A stretch of 54,110 bases of DNA, from assembly GCA_038127845.1 (NCBI GenBank), contig JAYPIL010000004.1, positions 1 through 54,110 of the forward strand, in the 5' to 3' direction. A model generated the notes under the pieces. That model saw only the letters and a program-made list of their open reading frames with translations. It was not told where the DNA came from and searched no databases. Below, one piece after another: positions 18,801 to 27,411 of this stretch. The first letter of the stretch is position 1; the number at the start of each line of letters is the position of its first letter. Position numbers and translations under genes: made by a program. This stretch comes from Poseidonia sp. GTDB lineage: Archaea > Thermoplasmatota > Poseidoniia > Poseidoniales > Poseidoniaceae.

Positions 18801-21800
18801 ATGCCCCAAGCAAGGGGTGGACGCTGAAGGAAACGGAAGTGGCCCCTTGAACGGAGACCCAATCTTCGACGTACAGACCGAGAGATGCAGAGTGAACATC
18901 CTGGTATTGTGGGAACGGAATTTGTGCAGCGTTGAGACCCACGGTGATTCGGCATTCATCAGCGTAGAGGGTGCCACAGTAGGTCCCTGCAGCGATGGTG
19001 CTCTCGCCTCCGAAGTTTGTGTCCGCATACTCCGAAACGAGGGTCGTGTCTTGGATGTTGGTGTGACCGAAGGCAGGAATTTCGTTCCCGGTTTGCATGG
19101 TGTAGGTGAAGGTGTAGTCGTTGTTGTAGACGTGATTCGGTGAACCAACGGCGAAACTCCAACGGGCCGATGACGGACCGGGAATGGTTTGGTTCACACC
19201 TTGAACCCACCAGGTGAACATCTGCCCCGCAGTGAGGTTGTTGGCGAACCTGAAGGTGGTGTTGGTGATTTCAGAATCCTCCCATGACTTGTACTTGAAC
19301 ACGCCCGTATTGTTGGCGATGGTGACGATGTAGCCTGTAGCTCCAGTCACGGGTGTCCAGCTCAGCATGGGTTGCGTTGAAGGGAAGAGAAGACCGTTGG
19401 TTTCCTGGTACAACACTTGTCCATCGCTGGGAGAGTTCAGAACAGGTTGTGATGGTGGGACAATGCCGTTCACGTTGTCGACGTATTCGAAGACGATGTG
19501 GGGGTGGAAGGTGGCGTTGCTAAAGTCAGAGGAGTAGAAGGTGTGGGAAGAGCCTGCAGTACCGATTCTCTGAAGCATGAACGTCATCGTGGTGTTCCCG
19601 TTTGCGAGGTTCGATTGAGCAAGGCTGGTCAAGTCCCACTCCATCCACCCAACGGGTGATTGAAGGGTCAGCGTGGAGCGTGTGATCTCTGAAGTGGAAC
19701 ACGAGGGTGCGTTGGCCCAGACCACGCTGTTCTCGCTGAATCCTCCACACGGGTAGACACCGACGGTGGTTGAGGCGGTGCCGTCAACATCCGTTTGATA
19801 CAACTTGAGCATCATTTGTGTCGGCGTGATGGCAGCAGGCCACGGGATGTTGGTCAAATCAAATTCCATCAGGATGCGGCTTTCGCCTGTGCCCTGGCTG
19901 TTGGTTCCGAGCATCATGGAGGTTGAACTGCCCTTGTTCACCGTGGCGTTGGAGTCAATTTCCACATCGGGGACGGCTGGCAACAATCCAGTGACGTCGA
20001 AGATTGAGCCGCGTGAAAGGTTGAGCGTATGGTTCCCATTTCCATCATCGGTGCCTTGGTCAACCGGGTTGCGGAATTTGTGAATGGAAGACCATTCGCC
20101 GATTCGGTTGTTTTGGTCGGCGCGAACCCGCCAGTAAATCCATTCGTCACCCTTGCTCGTGTTCTCAACGGACATGGTCAGTGTGGTGGGGTTGAACGAC
20201 AGGTTCTCATAGGCTCCGTCAACCATTTCAGGCGTGTTGTAACATTCGAGTTCATCCACCATTCGGCCGTCATGTGCTGCACAAATGACCCATCGTGTTT
20301 GGTTGCTGTAGCCTGCAGACCAGTTGAAATCGGACTCGTTCTGTCCAGATGGGCGGGGCTGAGAGGTGTCCCAAAGCGTTGCACCGTCAACCGGGTTGAG
20401 GTTGGATGGTGATGTCGCCACCCAAGCAGCATCGGTTGAATAACTGATGTTGAGACGAGGGCGAATCGAAATCGTTGTGGCTTCGCTGCTGGCAAACTGG
20501 ACGCGGCCGTCGACCCCTCCGTCTATTTCTTCGGGTTGTAGGATGACGTCGATGCTGCTCTGGCCGCTGTTCAGCGCGTGTTGCAACAAGGCCGTGACGT
20601 TGAACGAAACCGTGCCCGTGCCGTTCACCCATTGTCCTTCATTGAACGGCGCCTCTGCGTCGGCAGAGAGGTAAGCACCGGTGCCAAGCCACGAGGTGTT
20701 GTTTCCAGCAGGGTAGGCCCATGAAGAACTTTCGGACCACGTGGACACCATTTGTGAAGCGGTGATGAACGTCTCTTGGTAAGCGCCCACGGCGTTCATG
20801 TCAATGGTTGCGTGCGTAATCTCGTACTGCGCAGGCATGGGGAGGTTGCTGAAATCAAACGAAATGAGAGTGGATGACCGCAGATTGCTGTTGCTGGTGG
20901 AAATTTGGCTTCGACCAACGTACAACGACGAACTGCTGCCGAGGTTGGCCTGTTGGTTCCCGCTGTCGAGGTACGTGTCTTGCGTTACGCTTGGGTAGGA
21001 GAGCGAGGGGATGAAGGCGCCCTCTTGTATGGACAAATTGGCGTTGGTCGCATCCACTTCTTCACCCATGTCGTTGGGGAGGTAGAAGTTGGTTGAGTTG
21101 CTTCGCGGTCCAAGCATGCCGTTGTTGATCGGTTGGACCATCCAACGGATTTCATTGGCGTAGTTCAGGTCGTACGGAGCCGTAAACGTAAGGTTCGCAA
21201 TGTCGAAATTTCCGGGAGCATCCCTCGAATCAAAGGTGCGAAGCCCCGCCATGTCGTTGTTCGCATCTTCGAGCAAGAAGACACGCCAGTCCGTTGCCGA
21301 GGTGGTGCCGCTGTAGGTCCAGGAAAGCGTTGGGGTGCGGTCTGCAACCACGGCGTGCGATGAGGTATCCCAAAGAATGCTCGCAGATGCGGGTGCTGCG
21401 TTCACACCGCTGACGGTGGGTGTGGCGACGGTTCCGGTTTCCCATGTCAAATTCATGTAAGGCCGCTCAGAAGCACTGCCCTCGGTCGATGTAAAGGTCA
21501 CCAAATCGGTGGTGGCTGTGGATGCGTAGAGCATCAGGGAGACGTGCGTTTGACCGTTCGCGAGTGCTGCTTGAACGGCTTCGGTGATGTCAAAAGCCAT
21601 CCAGTCATCCGCCACGCTGTCAACGAGGTCCGTGTATTGGCCAATATCGACGCCGATGGCACGTCCACCTCGCTGAGACCAATTGTTGACGCCGTCGTAG
21701 GTCGTTGCGTTGGCAGATGTGGTCCAATTTTGGAAAACAGGGCGGACAGCGATGGGTTCATCCTCGAGCGAGCCGTATTCCGCGAATAAGAACAACTCAG

Positions 21801-24800
21801 CCTCGGTCACGCGAGCACCGGAGGGCTGCGGAACCTCACTGAGCGGAATGCGGAGCAGGGACGCTGCTTGGTAGCCAGAGGATGTTTCGCCGACTTCCAA
21901 CGTGGTGGAATTTTCCTGGGTTGAATCTGCACCGCTTCCGTTCTCAATGACATAGGTGTCCGTGAAGTGTGGAAGATTGAGGGCAGGTAAAGCGCCATGA
22001 TGCTCAATGCTGACCGTTGCCTTGGTGCTGTTGATCACGGTGGTGTCAAGGTCGGGGAGATGGAAATGGAAGGCAGAGGACCAGTTTCCAATTTGGTTGG
22101 TGGCGGAAACAGCACGGACCCTCCAATACCACGTTTCTCCAGTGTCAAGGTCGGATGAGGGCGCGAAGGTCAAGTTCGTGGAATCAAAGCCCGCATCGTT
22201 CCACGAGGCGTACGTAACGGCGTTGACCGAGGAGAAATCCGATTGCGTATCCAGTTGCACCAAATACCCTGCAAGGGACATGGTGCCGCTAAAATTCCAA
22301 TGGAGGTCGGGTTGCGTAATCGGCGTCAAATCAACACCTGAGCCAATGGACCAAGACCCGTTGAGCGGCGTGACGGGCACGGGGTCATTGGGTACGGCAT
22401 CGGACCCGGGAACATAGACGAACGTCAATTGCGGGCGGTTGGACGCTGAGTCCTCCGCTGTGCTGAAGTATGCCGTACGAGAGCCACCGGACCCCACGCC
22501 GAGCATACCGGCAATGAAGTCAACCCGTCGGTCTTCACGCATGGCGTTTTGAACGGCCAAGGTGACGTTCCATTCCACCGAATCGCCTTCGCTGAAGGAA
22601 CTGCCGATTTGGACGGAATCGAGCAGGGAACTTCGCTCGGAGCCTTTGGCACCAGCGGTGTCCCACGAGTTGGAGCCGTCGTAGCTCGACCAGGTGGCGT
22701 CTTCAGCGCTCCAGTCGTTTTGTGTGCTTTCCCAAACGGCGATGGTTGGCGTTCCAAAGGTACTGGATGTCAAGGTCATCTCGAGGTGTGCAGACTCAAC
22801 AGCGTAGCCGTTTGGAAGCAGATTTGAGACGAGGTTACAACCCAGCAAGCCTGTAATTTCGCCGCCCATGCCGTTGTAATCGATGGTCATCTCAGAGTCA
22901 CCGTCGTAGTTGTCGGTGGTGGCAGAACTGTCGATGTAGGTGTCCATGCATTCGGGGTATTGATTGTCGATAGAGCCGTTTCCGTGACGGAGTCTGAATT
23001 CGTAACGGTCACCACCCAGCCAGGTGCTTTGATGCTGCGAGATGAAGAAACTGGAGCTCACCCAAGAGCCGTAATGGCCGTCGCCGTCAACGGTGGCCAT
23101 GCGCCAGAAATACATGTAGCCGATTTCCAACGTGTTGGAACCGGTCATGTTGAGAATCCCATCCGCCGGTGAGAAATCGTTGTCAACCCGAGTGTCCACT
23201 CGCATCTCACGCAGTCGGAAGTCCTCGTCTTTGGCGAGTTCAAACACGATGTCGTCGCCAGAGGTAGGGGCGGTCCAGTTGAGCGAGGGCTGGGTGTTCC
23301 CAGAGAGGTTGTGACCGGTTTGGTTCCAAATCGCAAGGCCGTCGGCCGGAGCGGTCAAATTGACCGGTGCAGGTGGCGTACCGCTGCCCCATTCGTAGGT
23401 GAGGGTAAACGAAGGAAGGTCGCTTGTTTGAGCGGCTTCAGCAGAGTGGAAGACGATGCCTTCGCCGTTCGTGTGCGATTCAAATTTCCCTCGGACAGCG
23501 AGCATCATGTCCAAGGGTGCGTCGTCGCCCGCATCAAGGTAGTTTTGGACGGCATGGTCGAGGTCAAATGTGAAGGTGTCGCTTGATTGATTACCGTCGG
23601 CAAGGGCGATGGTGGCCGTTCCGTTGGATCGCCCGCCATCGTACCACTGGAATCCACCGGTCTCCATGACATTCCACGTGATTTCGTTCTCCACCCAAAG
23701 GCCGGATTCTTCCATTCCATGCAACGAGACGACGGGGTCGCCGCTGTAGGACGAACGGGTCAGTTCCAACTCTGCATTGACGATGGTGAGGTTGTCGTGC
23801 AACCCGATTTGATTGAGCGATGTGCGAAGGTGAATCAGACGTTCCTTGCTCGAGGTCATGCTGGATTCGGTGGTCAATTCGTCTCCGTAGGTGATGGTTT
23901 TGCTCACTTCGCTGACCGTGGCGTCTTGGATGAAATCATGTTCAAGTCCCGTTTCGGTTGGCGAGAAGGTGAGGGTGGCCGTGCCGTCGCCGTTGTCGAC
24001 AACATCAAGGGTTGGCAGGAGGAAACTTGTCTCTTCCCAAGCCCCCCACTGATCGTTGGCATCGACGGCCCGAACCCGCATGTGCATGGTGGTCCCGTTG
24101 GTCAAGGAAAGCGAGGTCGGCAGGGCGTAGGAGCCCGTGGTTCCTGATGTGGTAAAGGACGACCACAAGGTGGAGAAATGCCACTGCTCGTCGGTGGGAG
24201 AGCGCCAGTCGGCTGAATTGCTGAGTTGCATCTCAACGTCTTGTCCCGTGTTGGCGGCATAACTCAGCGTCGGTGTCGTCACGGGCTTGAGGAGGAAATC
24301 GCTTTCCATCCATGGGGCACCGTCGTCGATGGGAAGGTCAGGTGAAACGGTCGCACCCGACGAAGCAGCACCCGTTGAAGTGTCGAGCACCAATTCAGGT
24401 CGGTCGCCCGTGTTCATGGTCTCCGAGAGCTGGCACGTGTAGTCCACACCGAGCGACGCCACGATCACCGAGAGATAATTGCTGTTGGAGCGGGCAGCCG
24501 ATTGAGCGAGCGAGGTCACGTTGAGCGACAGCGTGCCGTTCGCCGTGAGGACAACGGGCGGCTCCCAATCGCCTCGGTCACCGGAGCCGTTGGCCCCCAT
24601 GGCCGTCCACAACAGGTTGTTGTCGTAAGCCAGCCACGTGGCGTGTGAACCGTTCCACATGCGGTCCATGCTCGTGACGAAGGCCAGCATGCGCGTGGAG
24701 GTGATCGAGGTGGTGTTGCATTGAATCTCAATGCTCGCTTCGTGGATGGTGTCGCTTGAGGTGTAATTCATCGGGAAACGAAGGAGAAGACGAGATTCAC

Positions 24801-25050
24801 TCATTTCTCCGGCGGAAAGCGTCCCCGATGTGGAGGTGTTGTGGGTGGCGGTTGGGTCGCCGGCGGTGATGTAGGTGTCAGCATGAATTGAATGGGAGGT
24901 AACGGTCCGTTGAACCGTTGTTGGCTCTTCAAGTTCGGACCATCCATCCATGGTGTGCGGCAGAGCGAGGTCGGCGAACAGGAACATGATAACAAGAATC
25001 AGTGCAGTGGCTCGCGGTCGTTGGATACGTAGGCTACGCATGGGACTCAT
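15895..25050 (-). CDS. Giant (3,051 aa) modular cell-surface protein
   Basis: Uninterrupted 9.2-kb ORF.
- N-terminus: signal-like MSPMRSLRIQRPRATALILVIMFLFADLALP.
- aa ~55-2175: a repeated two-module unit.
- aa ~2185-2910: Ig-like repeats.
- TM segment: LYYVGAGLLALVAIVLLGLVVTFL (about 16210-16281).
- C-terminus: 101-aa acidic, Pro/Gly- and Trp-rich tail. Confidence 0.9.
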   Translation of the reverse strand: MSPMRSLRIQRPRATALILVIMFLFADLALPHTMDGWSELEEPTTVQRTVTSHSIHADTYITAGDPTATHNTSTSGTLSAGEMSESRLLLRFPMNYTSSDTIHEASIEIQCNTTSITSTRMLAFVTSMDRMWNGSHATWLAYDNNLLWTAMGANGSGDRGDWEPPVVLTANGTLSLNVTSLAQSAARSNSNYLSVIVASLGVDYTCQLSETMNTGDRPELVLDTSTGAASSGATVSPDLPIDDGAPWMESDFLLKPVTTPTLSYAANTGQDVEMQLSNSADWRSPTDEQWHFSTLWSSFTTSGTTGSYALPTSLSLTNGTTMHMRVRAVDANDQWGAWEETSFLLPTLDVVDNGDGTATLTFSPTETGLEHDFIQDATVSEVSKTITYGDELTTESSMTSSKERLIHLRTSLNQIGLHDNLTIVNAELELTRSSYSGDPVVSLHGMEESGLWVENEITWNVMETGGFQWYDGGRSNGTATIALADGNQSSDTFTFDLDHAVQNYLDAGDDAPLDMMLAVRGKFESHTNGEGIVFHSAEAAQTSDLPSFTLTYEWGSGTPPAPVNLTAPADGLAIWNQTGHNLSGNTQPSLNWTAPTSGDDIVFELAKDEDFRLREMRVDTRVDNDFSPADGILNMTGSNTLEIGYMYFWRMATVDGDGHYGSWVSSSFFISQHQSTWLGGDRYEFRLRHGNGSIDNQYPECMDTYIDSSATTDNYDGDSEMTIDYNGMGGEITGLLGCNLVSNLLPNGYAVESAHLEMTLTSSTFGTPTIAVWESTQNDWSAEDATWSSYDGSNSWDTAGAKGSERSSLLDSVQIGSSFSEGDSVEWNVTLAVQNAMREDRRVDFIAGMLGVGSGGSRTAYFSTAEDSASNRPQLTFVYVPGSDAVPNDPVPVTPLNGSWSIGSGVDLTPITQPDLHWNFSGTMSLAGYLVQLDTQSDFSSVNAVTYASWNDAGFDSTNLTFAPSSDLDTGETWYWRVRAVSATNQIGNWSSAFHFHLPDLDTTVINSTKATVSIEHHGALPALNLPHFTDTYVIENGSGADSTQENSTTLEVGETSSGYQAASLLRIPLSEVPQPSGARVTEAELFLFAEYGSLEDEPIAVRPVFQNWTTSANATTYDGVNNWSQRGGRAIGVDIGQYTDLVDSVADDWMAFDITEAVQAALANGQTHVSLMLYASTATTDLVTFTSTEGSASERPYMNLTWETGTVATPTVSGVNAAPASASILWDTSSHAVVADRTPTLSWTYSGTTSATDWRVFLLEDANNDMAGLRTFDSRDAPGNFDIANLTFTAPYDLNYANEIRWMVQPINNGMLGPRSNSTNFYLPNDMGEEVDATNANLSIQEGAFIPSLSYPSVTQDTYLDSGNQQANLGSSSSLYVGRSQISTSNSNLRSSTLISFDFSNLPMPAQYEITHATIDMNAVGAYQETFITASQMVSTWSESSSWAYPAGNNTSWLGTGAYLSADAEAPFNEGQWVNGTGTVSFNVTALLQHALNSGQSSIDVILQPEEIDGGVDGRVQFASSEATTISIRPRLNISYSTDAAWVATSPSNLNPVDGATLWDTSQPRPSGQNESDFNWSAGYSNQTRWVICAAHDGRMVDELECYNTPEMVDGAYENLSFNPTTLTMSVENTSKGDEWIYWRVRADQNNRIGEWSSIHKFRNPVDQGTDDGNGNHTLNLSRGSIFDVTGLLPAVPDVEIDSNATVNKGSSTSMMLGTNSQGTGESRILMEFDLTNIPWPAAITPTQMMLKLYQTDVDGTASTTVGVYPCGGFSENSVVWANAPSCSTSEITRSTLTLQSPVGWMEWDLTSLAQSNLANGNTTMTFMLQRIGTAGSSHTFYSSDFSNATFHPHIVFEYVDNVNGIVPPSQPVLNSPSDGQVLYQETNGLLFPSTQPMLSWTPVTGATGYIVTIANNTGVFKYKSWEDSEITNTTFRFANNLTAGQMFTWWVQGVNQTIPGPSSARWSFAVGSPNHVYNNDYTFTYTMQTGNEIPAFGHTNIQDTTLVSEYADTNFGGESTIAAGTYCGTLYADECRITVGLNAAQIPFPQYQDVHSASLGLYVEDWVSVQGATSVSFSVHPLLGAWSQTSATWNGSTSGTTWGSPGMQAGVDYGDAISTTVTNVDTTGWLWFDISTLGMTISSQQAWVIIASANTGYAHASFYSSDAVTQSFRPKILFNTTNITTINITPSGTVTTDADTTVNFNSIAYDHQAMVQSPPVEWAVDVGSIGLNGLYSPSTVGTHTVTACFGLVCGSQAVTVTPGAPTELVVTPLTATITADDSLTITASMVDQHGNAVPGEAITFSPTNGSMSAVVPNVFEPYAVGTHVVRVQHTSSGEFVDVSITVNAGAPDYFELSGCEGTVPAGVWCDITADLYDQFGNELDISAAGNLTWTTTNGNYSEINQQYFPDHVGVWWLNLTSVSGASDELMITVGHGQIAYLELDVSSNTITADDRVYINTTRIDVRGNRLPVVLPADNWTRIADGQLTAGAPAIWDPVKTGVKTLEARYETTLASVDIIVAKGVIQTLRIEVDDVISTWQHFDLTADETLEAEIFAIDGKGNQWTIDANWSVSHPTMGDSSAFLEKLVGDSTTFTPYFASDEPYMLTASYDDGTTLHQVAINMTVDHGFLHTVSIRGTANNPDATTGAVFEMTADYAVDFLSDLYDADNNRIDSGTLSWIEVNEATGEITDITTDLLLNDMRWEATTVGEWTIEAYSISGTGFNISDSITITVLHGVAVTVAADASITTPTAGDRVDIQVTGTDSDGNQFAQNVEWTEDGASVPTLSIITGTDGTYTYDAEVAGLHTLAYAAGGATSTLEITVSAQKIVDRLEVNLSTDTLEQLASLDISIRAFDAYDNEIDVPGSIRVESTGRGTATMIASNEWTVTTLDDGPQTITIKVGAVIVNEEITVVGTLQGFFEAGGTLYYVGAGLLALVAIVLLGLVVTFLRNNGSDDWDDDDEDDDDDDDRPSGPTGPAPGPSGPAPGPSGPAPGPSGPAPGPTGPPAEEAPVPEEDASSDVTVDEDGTEWWEDEDGTWYYRNPGEEEWHEYEE
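16036..16149 (-). repeat. In-frame 21-nt (heptad GPSGPAP) tandem repeat, about 5 units, inside the giant gene tail
   Basis: The protein reads RPSGPTGPAPGPSGPAPGPSGPAPGPSGPAPGPTGPP. The DNA units differ mainly at synonymous positions (ggacctgaaggacccggtgct / ggccctgatggacctggagct / ggtcccgaaggacctggagcg on the + strand). Confidence 0.85.
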
Positions 25051-25067
25051 CCCTTACACCACTCCCC

Positions 25068-25075
25068 AATATAGG
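25068..25075 (-). promoter_or_regulatory. Candidate TATA box (CTATATTG) for the giant gene; short or absent leader
   Basis: The minus strand reads aaaagtcCCTATATTGGggagtggtgtaaggg-ATG. The box centre is ~21 nt from the first ATG (25050) and ~30 nt from the second in-frame ATG (25041). This suggests a near-leaderless transcript. Confidence 0.25.
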
Positions 25076-25190
25076 GACTTTTCCCTTTCTTGCCATGAAT
25101 TTGTGGTTCTGCGTGCGTGTTTTTCTGCCAAGTAGCGACGTGGTTTCGCGTGCGAATGTTGAAGGAGGCTCGTCGGTGAGAGTCAAGAGC

Positions 25191-26144
25191 ATGAGCGAGT
25201 TGTGGGTTGAGAAACACCGACCGCAATCGGTCGCTCAAATCCGTGGCCAGGCCGCCGTTGTTCAACGCCTCGGAACCTACGCCGGGAACAAGAACTTCCC
25301 CCACCTTCTGTTCGCAGGCCCGCCAGGCACGGGAAAGACCACAGCCGCCATGGCACTGACGAAGGATATCTTTGGAGAGGAGTTTCGACAGAACCTCCTG
25401 GAGATGAACGCTTCAGATGAGCGAAAACTTGAGAGCATTCGCACGAAAGTGAAGCAGTTTGCTCGGACCCAACCGTACGGAGGGGCGGCCTTCAAAATCA
25501 TCTTCCTCGACGAGGCTGATGCGCTCACCCACGACGCACAAGGAGCGCTCCGCCGCATCATGGAGCAGTACGCTGAGACCTGTCGGTTCATCCTCTCTTG
25601 CAACTATTCCTCGAAGATCATCGAACCCATTCAATCCCGATGTGCCGTGTTCCGCTTCCGCCCCCTTGCCGATGCCGACGTCGCTTCTCAGGTGGTTCAT
25701 GTGGCTGAACTCGAGGCCCTAACCCTCGAAGACGGGGCGGTTGAAGCCTTGACAAGAATTTCTCAGGGCGACTTGAGAAAAGCGCTGACGGCCCTGCAAG
25801 TTGCTGCGGCACTCAACACCACCGTGTCCCGTGAGCTGGTGTACGAAACCTCCGCCACGGCCCCGCCTGAAGCCCTGCATCAATACCTCATGTCTTGCCG
25901 AGACGATGGCTTTCACGTTGCACGACGACGGCTCAGAGAATTGCTGGACCAGTTCGGCCTTGCAGGAACAGACTTTGTCAACCAACTTCATCGGGAACTG
26001 TACAGCGCTGACTTCCTTGACGAGCCAGCGAAGCTGGCGCTGACCGAATGGATGGCTGAAATTGACTACCGTTTGGTGGAGGGTGGAGGCGAACAAATCC
26101 AGTTGGACGCCTTGACAGCACAAATCGTCACCTTGCTGAAATGA
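25191..26144 (+). CDS. rfcS: Replication factor C small subunit
   Basis: LWVEKHRPQSV, Walker A GPPGTGKTT, DEAD-like FLDEADALT, SRC motif IIEPIQSRCAVFRF. The ORF-track start 25002 overlaps the giant gene. GTG 25176, 7 nt after GGAGG, is an alternative start. Confidence 0.92.
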   Translation: MSELWVEKHRPQSVAQIRGQAAVVQRLGTYAGNKNFPHLLFAGPPGTGKTTAAMALTKDIFGEEFRQNLLEMNASDERKLESIRTKVKQFARTQPYGGAAFKIIFLDEADALTHDAQGALRRIMEQYAETCRFILSCNYSSKIIEPIQSRCAVFRFRPLADADVASQVVHVAELEALTLEDGAVEALTRISQGDLRKALTALQVAAALNTTVSRELVYETSATAPPEALHQYLMSCRDDGFHVARRRLRELLDQFGLAGTDFVNQLHRELYSADFLDEPAKLALTEWMAEIDYRLVEGGGEQIQLDALTAQIVTLLK

Positions 26145-26395
26145 ACACCAGTTTCACTTTCACTTTCACATCAACTGTCCTGAAAAACAAGGTCAGTGGT
26201 TCCAGCCCCCCACGGGTCATGCAGACCTTGAAACAACGGTTCTCCAACCTCCTCTGTTACACCTGTTTGGCGCCCATCATTCGTGCACGGCGCGCCAGAG
26301 AACAACAGGCCCTGGCCAATGAATTTCACGACCGTCAGCGCATCGACCGATTGCTCAACGACCTGGTCCATACGTACGCTGATTTATTGGCCTGA
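26141..26395 (+). CDS. Hypothetical 84-aa protein (uncertain)
   Basis: The ATG overlaps the rfcS TGA (ATGA). The ORF fills an otherwise unusually long 240-nt gap. No recognisable motif. It begins with a (TTTCAC)x3 hexamer repeat. Confidence 0.3.
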   Translation: MNTSFTFTFTSTVLKNKVSGSSPPRVMQTLKQRFSNLLCYTCLAPIIRARRAREQQALANEFHDRQRIDRLLNDLVHTYADLLA

Positions 26396-27289
26396 GGTCT
26401 CAGGCGGATCGATGGTGAAGGTCCAGGAATAGGTTCGGACATTCTTCCAAGGATCGCCCTGTTCAACGATTTCCACGTGGACAATGTGCTCACCGATGGG
26501 TAGACTTTCACCGAGATAGATAGCAAAGGGTTGGTCCAAGTCCGCATGCGGCAACAAAATTGGTGCCGATTTGTTGGCGAGCGTTTTCCACGTCCGAACG
26601 TCGTCTCCGTGCGTCGTCCAAAAACTCTCGTTGGATTCGATGGTCGTTTCGTTGTTCAGATAGGAATGCACCACCGTCACTTCGGCTCCGGTTTCATCGA
26701 CGTTGTCTGCAAGACCGAACAGAAGCCACGCACCACCGGGAAGGTACTCGCCTTCCTCAAGCGTCCACGTCGCCCCGCCTTTGACCTTGTCAGCGAACGT
26801 GAATGTCCCGTCCTCGTCCACCACGACGCCCCAATCTTGCGCAAGTTGCGGGGCCACGATGTCACCAAACGGCGGATTCACAATGAGGAACGAAAGCGAG
26901 AGGAAGGTGAAGGTGTAGAGGAAGAAGGCTTTGAACCATGTTCCTTTGGTGTAGTGCTCTTTGAAACGCTCGGGCATCACCATTCGATGGAGTTGAGGAA
27001 TCAAAATCATCATGGTGAGCGGAAGCAAATAGAGGACATCCGTCTTGTCGAGCGTGGTGGAGGGCATCAAGACGTAACGCATCAGCATCGTTACAACGGT
27101 GGCGTAGAAGATGACCAACCACATGGACGCCGTATCTGCCCTTTCTTTCTTGGCGTATTTCGCGGGGTCAAACGGTTCAATGCCGAGATCGGCTCCTGAG
27201 CGTCTTTTTTTCTTCTCTTCGTTCTTTGCCCCATCACGTTTTTTGCGTTCGGCTTGCGCCGCCGCCATGGCCGTTTTGAGGTCCACCAT
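26384..27289 (-). CDS. Hypothetical membrane protein: Lys-rich N-terminus, 3 TM, ~170-aa extracytoplasmic beta-rich domain
   Basis: ATG 27289 (the ORF-track TTG at 27310 is an alternative). The N-terminal segment is AERKKRDGAKNEEKKKRR. Hydrophobic segments are MWLVIFYATVVTMLM, VLYLLPLTMMILIP and WFKAFFLYTFTFLSLSFLIV. No family recognised. Confidence 0.6.
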   Translation of the reverse strand: MVDLKTAMAAAQAERKKRDGAKNEEKKKRRSGADLGIEPFDPAKYAKKERADTASMWLVIFYATVVTMLMRYVLMPSTTLDKTDVLYLLPLTMMILIPQLHRMVMPERFKEHYTKGTWFKAFFLYTFTFLSLSFLIVNPPFGDIVAPQLAQDWGVVVDEDGTFTFADKVKGGATWTLEEGEYLPGGAWLLFGLADNVDETGAEVTVVHSYLNNETTIESNESFWTTHGDDVRTWKTLANKSAPILLPHADLDQPFAIYLGESLPIGEHIVHVEIVEQGDPWKNVRTYSWTFTIDPPETSGQ

Positions 27290-27411
27290 ATCCAAAGCGG
27301 AGCCGAGCAAGTGTTAGAACACTACGGTTGGTTTTTGTCCGAATCGCAGAGGTTCTTCGGGGGTTGTTCTTCCGATTTGTTCAAAGAGGGAAGGGCTCAC
27401 CCACGGGACAG

